Source: an uncultured Gemella sp. (GTDB lineage Bacteria > Bacillota > Bacilli > Staphylococcales > Gemellaceae). Taken from it: a stretch of DNA of 64,000 nucleotides. Below are positions 59,490 to 64,000 of the stretch, in pieces. The DNA is taken from NCBI RefSeq assembly GCF_963529685.1, contig NZ_CAUSAI010000003.1:7989-71988 (forward strand). The letters run 5' to 3'. The number at the start of each line of letters is the position of its first letter. Within the stretch, counting starts at the first letter, position 1. A model generated the notes under the pieces. The model had not been told where the DNA came from. It worked only from the letters and a program-made list of their open reading frames with translations, and ran no database searches. Position numbers and translations under genes: made by a program.

Positions 59490-61826
59490 ATGCAAACAGT
59501 AGAAGGATATTTAAACAAGATTATTTTCCATAATAAAGAGAATAATTATTATATTCTATCAATTTTTTTAAATGATAAATATGATTTTGCTGAAGGGGAC
59601 TATTTGAGCGTCGTTGGTACATTTAATGATTTTGAATTTGTAGAAGATGATTTATATTCTTTTAAAGGAGAAATCGTACAACATAGAAAATATGGAATTC
59701 AACTTTCGGCTATCGTAGTCGAACCAGTTATTGAAAAAGATAAAGAAGCTATTGTTTCATACTTATCTAGTTCAATTTTTCAAGGTGTAGGTAGAAAAAC
59801 CGCTGAACTAATAGTAGACAGTTTAGGCGTAGATGCATTAGATAAAATATACGAAGATAAAGATGCCTTATTTAAAATTAAAGGTATACCAACTCAACGT
59901 AAAGATACTATCTACGCTACTATAGTTGCCAACAAACAAACACAAGATATTATATTAAAGCTAAATGAATATAACTTAAGTAATAATCTGATATTAAAAA
60001 TTTATAATTTTTATAAACATAACACATTACGCACAATTACAGAAAATCCCTACGCACTAATAAAAGATATAAAAGGAATTAATTTCAAAACAGTTGATAA
60101 GATTGCTGAAATTAACGAAATTGCAGTGAACGATCGAAATCGAATTCTTTATGGTTTTATATATACGATTAATTCATTTTGTTTCTCTACTGGGAATACC
60201 TACATTTCAAAAAATAATCTTTTATACAATACTTTTAACGTGCTTTATTCTTCAAGAAATACAGCCGTTGATAAGCAAGATATCCTAAATGCATATACCT
60301 TCGCTTTAGATACTGGAAAATTAATTGAAATCGAAGATAGAGTATTTTTACCAGAAATTTATTACTCAGAATATTCTATTTACAGTGATATAAAACGTAG
60401 ATTACAACAAGAAAATAGTGTTGATATCAGCGATGAATTATTAGACAAATATATTACTGAAATTGAAGAAGAATTAGAAATAGAATACGATATCGTACAA
60501 ATTGCCGCAATTAAAAACTGTATTCTAAATAACTTTGCTATTTTAACAGGAGGACCTGGAACTGGTAAAACAACTATTATTCTAGCAGTAATTAAAATAT
60601 TTCAAAAGATTAAAAATTATAGCATCCACGACTTACTCGATGAAACTAGAAATATTATTACACTATGCGCTCCTACTGGTAAGGCTGCAAAACGAATGTC
60701 AGAAAGTACTGGCTTTTATGCTTCAACTATACATAAAGCAATTGGATGGAGTACAGAAGATGAAAATATGGAAGAATTTGTCAGTGACAAAAGTATAAAA
60801 TCAGAATTAGTAATTATTGATGAATCAAGTATGATTGATGTCTTCTTAATGTACAACCTATTGAAGATAATCCATAAAGATTCCAAAATAATTTTAGTTG
60901 GAGATAACGATCAACTTCCATCAATTGCACCTGGTAATGTTTTGAATGACTTAATAAATTCCAATGCTATTTCTACGGTAAAATTAAATAAAATATTTAG
61001 ACAAAGTGAACACTCTAGTATTATTAATATCTCACATTCTATAAAAAATAATATTCCATTTGATATACTAGAAAATTTTGATGATAAAGAGTTTATTTCA
61101 GCAAATAAAAACGAAATGATAAATGTTATTTCTGCTGTTTATGATGATTTGATTAAGACTACAAGCAAAGAAAATATTCAAATACTTGCCCCTATTTATA
61201 AAGGTACCAGTGGTATAAATGAGATAAATACAGCTATTCAATCAAGATTCAATGATAATGATGAACAAATTGAATATGGAGAACTAATTTATAAAATTAA
61301 TGATAGGGTTATGCAACTTGTAAATAGACCTGAAGATAATATATTCAATGGCGATATTGGTTATATTCAAGAAATATACAAAGAAGGAAATAAAGTTAAA
61401 ATAGTTATTGATTATGACGATAATTATGTTACTTATGAAAAACAAGAACTTAATCAAATAACACTCTCATATGCTTGTTCGATTCATAAAGCTCAAGGAT
61501 CTGAGTTTGAAAATGTTATAATTCCTTTTATCGATAATTATAATTTCATGTTAAATAAAAATCTAACGTATACCGCTATAACTCGTGCTAAGAAAAAATT
61601 GATTCTTTGCGGTAACTCAAATGTATTTTACAAATCTATCGAACCAACAAATGTAGTTAACAGACAAACTGCTTTAGAATGGTTCTTTACAACAGACAAA
61701 GAAGAGGAAATTAATAATATTGATATAAACAATGAATTAAAGACATATATACTAGACTATCAAAACATTAATACTATCGATCCAATGATAGGTATGGAAG
61801 ATATTAAACCTACTGATTTCCTTTAA
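59490..61826 (+). CDS. recD2: ATP-dependent RecD-like DNA helicase (RecD2)
   Basis: GGPGTGKTT Walker A, IIDESSM, VGDNDQLPS, and C-terminal IHKAQGSEF / TAITRAKKKL. Confidence 0.9.
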   Translation: MQTVEGYLNKIIFHNKENNYYILSIFLNDKYDFAEGDYLSVVGTFNDFEFVEDDLYSFKGEIVQHRKYGIQLSAIVVEPVIEKDKEAIVSYLSSSIFQGVGRKTAELIVDSLGVDALDKIYEDKDALFKIKGIPTQRKDTIYATIVANKQTQDIILKLNEYNLSNNLILKIYNFYKHNTLRTITENPYALIKDIKGINFKTVDKIAEINEIAVNDRNRILYGFIYTINSFCFSTGNTYISKNNLLYNTFNVLYSSRNTAVDKQDILNAYTFALDTGKLIEIEDRVFLPEIYYSEYSIYSDIKRRLQQENSVDISDELLDKYITEIEEELEIEYDIVQIAAIKNCILNNFAILTGGPGTGKTTIILAVIKIFQKIKNYSIHDLLDETRNIITLCAPTGKAAKRMSESTGFYASTIHKAIGWSTEDENMEEFVSDKSIKSELVIIDESSMIDVFLMYNLLKIIHKDSKIILVGDNDQLPSIAPGNVLNDLINSNAISTVKLNKIFRQSEHSSIINISHSIKNNIPFDILENFDDKEFISANKNEMINVISAVYDDLIKTTSKENIQILAPIYKGTSGINEINTAIQSRFNDNDEQIEYGELIYKINDRVMQLVNRPEDNIFNGDIGYIQEIYKEGNKVKIVIDYDDNYVTYEKQELNQITLSYACSIHKAQGSEFENVIIPFIDNYNFMLNKNLTYTAITRAKKKLILCGNSNVFYKSIEPTNVVNRQTALEWFFTTDKEEEINNIDINNELKTYILDYQNINTIDPMIGMEDIKPTDFL

Positions 61827-61839
61827 TAAACATTAAAAA

Positions 61840-61950
61840 GGGGGCTGACTCAAAAATCCTAAATTTTAAAAAAGTGTATATGATAATTCATAGACGCAGT
61901 GGTTTATTGATAGCTAAATTCACTAAAATCACGATTTTTGAGTCACTCCC
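61840..61950 (+). repeat. dispersed modular repeat, copy 7 (internally deleted; ends form 18-nt terminal inverted repeats)
   Basis: GGGGGCTGACTCAAAAATCCTAAATTTT...CATAGACGCAGTGGTTTATTGATAGCTAAATTC..AAATCACGATTTTTGAGTCACTCCC. Begins 14 nt after the recD2 stop. Confidence 0.85.
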
Positions 61951-62123
61951 AAAATCTTATCAGAATAATATTGTGATTTATTCTTCTAACTCTCTCTATA
62001 GTTCTCAAATTTTTAAAGAATTAAAAATCTAAAAATTAAGTTCATCAAAAGGTCAGACTAACGGAAAAAAGTTGTATACTAAATCCGAGGCCGGAATTTT
62101 TTCCATACCCCGAATTTATTATA

Positions 62124-62159
62124 CAACAAAAAAGAGTATGGAAAAAATCCATACTCTTT
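62124..62159 (-). terminator. intrinsic terminator after the LPXTG coiled-coil gene
   Basis: AAAGAGTATGG (62131-62141) pairs with CCATACTCTTT (62149-62159). TTTTGTTG follows on the - strand. Confidence 0.6.
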
Positions 62160-62184
62160 AATGTTTCTATACACTAATTAACGA

Positions 62185-63693
62185 TTAGTTGTTTAATTTA
62201 CGTCTTACAGCAAGACCTACTAAAGCGATTAAGCTTAATCCTAATGCTACAGTGCTAGAAGTAGTCATACCTGTGTTTGGTAATGTACCTTCTTTAGTTT
62301 CAGCTTTAGCTTCTTCTTTAGCTTCAGTTTTTGGTCCAAAGCTATTTCCGTCACCTTGAGGTCTTTGACTGAAGTCAGGTCCAGCAGCACCTGGAGCTGG
62401 TTGAGGAAGTTTTGATAAATCAAATTCAGGAACTTCGTTAACAGCAGGTTTGTTAGCAGCTAAAATTTCAAGAGCTTCTTCAAGGTCAGCTAATCTAGCT
62501 TTTAATCCTTCAATATAGTAAGGTTCAGCACCATTTTCTTCACCATCTTTGATTTGTTCCTTAAGTTGTTCAATCTCAGCTTCAATTTTTAATTTATCAA
62601 CATTACCTAATTCAGGAACGTTGTTAATTGGAGCCTCAGTACCATTTGAAGATTCAACTTTTGGTTCTAATCCTTTAAGAGCTTCTTCAAGTTCAGCTTC
62701 TTTTTTCTCAAGTTCAGCTTTTTTATCTTCTAATTTATTTTTAGCTGCAGTAACATAGTCAACTGCATCTGGATTATTTTCATTTTCAGCTATTAATTTT
62801 TCTAACTCAGCAACTTCTTTTTCTAAGTCAGCTGCTTTGTTTTGAAGAGCTTCGATTTCAGCTTCAGTGTAAACTTTAGTTTCTGGTTTAACTGGAGTTG
62901 GAGCTGGAGCTACGGCACTACTACTGTTAGTACCAGCGTTGTTGTTAGTACCAGCGTTTGCGTTACCATCATTGTTTGGTTTCACTTCTGTACCAGGGTT
63001 GTTGTTAGTACCAGCGTTTGCGTTACCACCATTGTTTGGTTTTACTTCTGTACCAGCGTTGTTGTTAGCACCAGCGTTTGCTTTTTCACTAGGTTTAATA
63101 GGGGCAGTAGGTGTAACTTTCATTTTTTCTTTTAGTCCAAGATAAATTGGGTCACCAGTAGCACCTCTAAAATTATTTATGCTATCTATCCCTGTATTAA
63201 CAAGTTCATAAGATAAAACCCCATTAGTATTTTTAACAAAATACTTATCTCCCATTACTTTTGTGTTATCTTTTCCGTCCCAGAAAAATACATAAACCTG
63301 AACTCGTTCTACCTCAGTAGAAGTTTCACCAGTGAAAGCATTAGTGCGAGTATGAGTCCAAACATTCTCAGATAGTGAATTTCTTATAGGGTTTGTACGC
63401 CCGCGAAATCCGGTAGGATCAGCTTCATGATTTGCTCTTACGTTTACAAATTTATAATCAGGAATATCTATTTTTTTCCCATTTCTATCTACAAAACTAA
63501 GTATTGGCGACCCACTTATAAAATGAAATTGATGATTTTCCATTGTAACATATCCTAAAAATTTATCATACTTAGCTTCCTCTTTGCTATCTACTGCATA
63601 AGCGTTGTCAATATGTTTTGTAACTAAACCAAAACTCATACCACTTAGTGAAATACCACTCGCAACAAAACTTAATAAAAATTTTTTCTTCAT
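62185..63693 (-). CDS. LPXTG-anchored coiled-coil surface protein with PspA/PspC-like helical repeats
   Basis: Start moved to ATG 63693 (MKKKFLLSFVASG..., AAAGGAG RBS). Signal peptide, a globular domain of about 190 aa, a 20-aa GTEVKPNN.GNANAGTNNN repeat and coiled coils (KKAELEKKEAELEEALKGLEPK). LPNTG at 62269-62283, followed by a TM segment and RRK. Confidence 0.8.
   Translation of the reverse strand: MKKKFLLSFVASGISLSGMSFGLVTKHIDNAYAVDSKEEAKYDKFLGYVTMENHQFHFISGSPILSFVDRNGKKIDIPDYKFVNVRANHEADPTGFRGRTNPIRNSLSENVWTHTRTNAFTGETSTEVERVQVYVFFWDGKDNTKVMGDKYFVKNTNGVLSYELVNTGIDSINNFRGATGDPIYLGLKEKMKVTPTAPIKPSEKANAGANNNAGTEVKPNNGGNANAGTNNNPGTEVKPNNDGNANAGTNNNAGTNSSSAVAPAPTPVKPETKVYTEAEIEALQNKAADLEKEVAELEKLIAENENNPDAVDYVTAAKNKLEDKKAELEKKEAELEEALKGLEPKVESSNGTEAPINNVPELGNVDKLKIEAEIEQLKEQIKDGEENGAEPYYIEGLKARLADLEEALEILAANKPAVNEVPEFDLSKLPQPAPGAAGPDFSQRPQGDGNSFGPKTEAKEEAKAETKEGTLPNTGMTTSSTVALGLSLIALVGLAVRRKLNN
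62927..63082. repeat. 60-bp tandem repeat (about 2.6 units) within the LPXTG gene
   Basis: GTTGTTGTTAGTACCAGCGTTTGCGTTACCA.CATTGTTTGGTTT.ACTTCTGTACCAG.. repeats with an exact 60-nt period. Confidence 0.9.
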
Positions 63694-63741
63694 TGCATAT
63701 CTCCTTTTAAATTTATATATACTATTATATTTATACATACC

Positions 63742-63771
63742 ATTATATATATATATATATATGTGTGTCAA
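63742..63771 (-). promoter_or_regulatory. sigma-A promoter (TTGACA-18-TATAAT) whose spacer is an (AT)9 dinucleotide repeat
   Basis: On the - strand: TTGACA at 63771-63766, spacer CACATATATATATATATA, and TATAAT at 63747-63742. This is about 49 nt upstream of ATG 63693. Confidence 0.5.
63745..63762. repeat. (AT)9 microsatellite followed by (GT)3
   Basis: Read directly from the sequence: tatatatatatatatatat then gtgtgt. Confidence 0.95.
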
Positions 63772-63926
63772 GCGATTTTAAAAAATTTTTTATAACAATT
63801 ACTAGTTACTTAATGTTTATTTTTCAGTGTTATAATTTAAAAGATGTAACATTTATTCTCTACAGATTTTCTTTAAATATAATATAAGCCTAAAAATAGA
63901 GTTATTTCTATTCTCAGGCTTTACTA

Positions 63927-64000
63927 TTACATTGCAGCAAGATCGCGTGCGATTTTGTCAATATCATTAATACTTAAAAATGCTCCCGCAATCACAGAAC
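63927..64000 (-). CDS. 3' end of an unidentified gene running off the window (..SVIAGAFLSINDIDKIARDLAAM-stop)
   Basis: Open frame on the - strand from the window edge to TAA at 63929-63927. A hairpin at 63888-63919 lies downstream. Confidence 0.4.
   Translation of the reverse strand, partial: SVIAGAFLSINDIDKIARDLAAM

Noticed and set aside
62064-62128. Nested inverted repeats: GGAAAAAA/TTTTTTCC, GTTGTATA/TATACAAC and a GC-rich TCCGAGGCCGGA patch. Together they could form a pseudoknot-like structure between recD2 and the LPXTG gene.
   Set aside because: It occurs only once. The A-run/T-run pairing is trivial in AT-rich DNA, and no promoter or terminator context defines a transcript. I keep it only as a possible scar at the edge of a horizontally acquired gene.

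Overview
AT-rich window (about 30% GC by eye) of mostly core housekeeping genes from a low-GC Firmicute of the class Bacilli. Markers are GpsB, IreB, MltG, YlxM and the asnS-dnaD-nth and pcrA-ligA gene orders. Composition suggests a Gemella-like organism, but that is a guess. I count 29 of 31 genes left of about 37.4 kb on the + strand and 28 of 29 genes to the right on the - strand. This convergent architecture, together with an XerS-type recombinase gene at the switch point, a dif-like AT-rich site upstream of it and ftsK 2.5 kb away, suggests the window spans the replication terminus. I saw no rRNA, tRNA, CRISPR array, transposase or prophage genes. The most unusual signal is a modular dispersed intergenic repeat of about 175 bp, made of an L module plus a 57-bp hairpin H module. 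It has 7 full or partial copies, almost all placed just 3' of genes and co-oriented with them, so they supply terminator-like hairpins. One copy has its hairpin flipped relative to the rest of the element, and one copy supplies the last codons and stop of an orphan ORF. Other notable items:
- a promoter, roughly 190-nt structured RNA and terminator module upstream of that orphan gene;
- an Endonuclease III whose four Fe-S cysteines are all replaced in register;
- a Shr/IlsA-like LPXTG haem-receptor candidate (NEAT, EF-hand, LRR) with a Fur-box-like site;
- a compositionally atypical PspA/PspC-like LPXTG coiled-coil protein whose promoter spacer is an (AT)9 microsatellite, a candidate for phase variation;
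- three hairpins sharing a GTTTAC-N14-GTAAAC core.
All functional calls rest on motif recognition by eye; no database searches were run.
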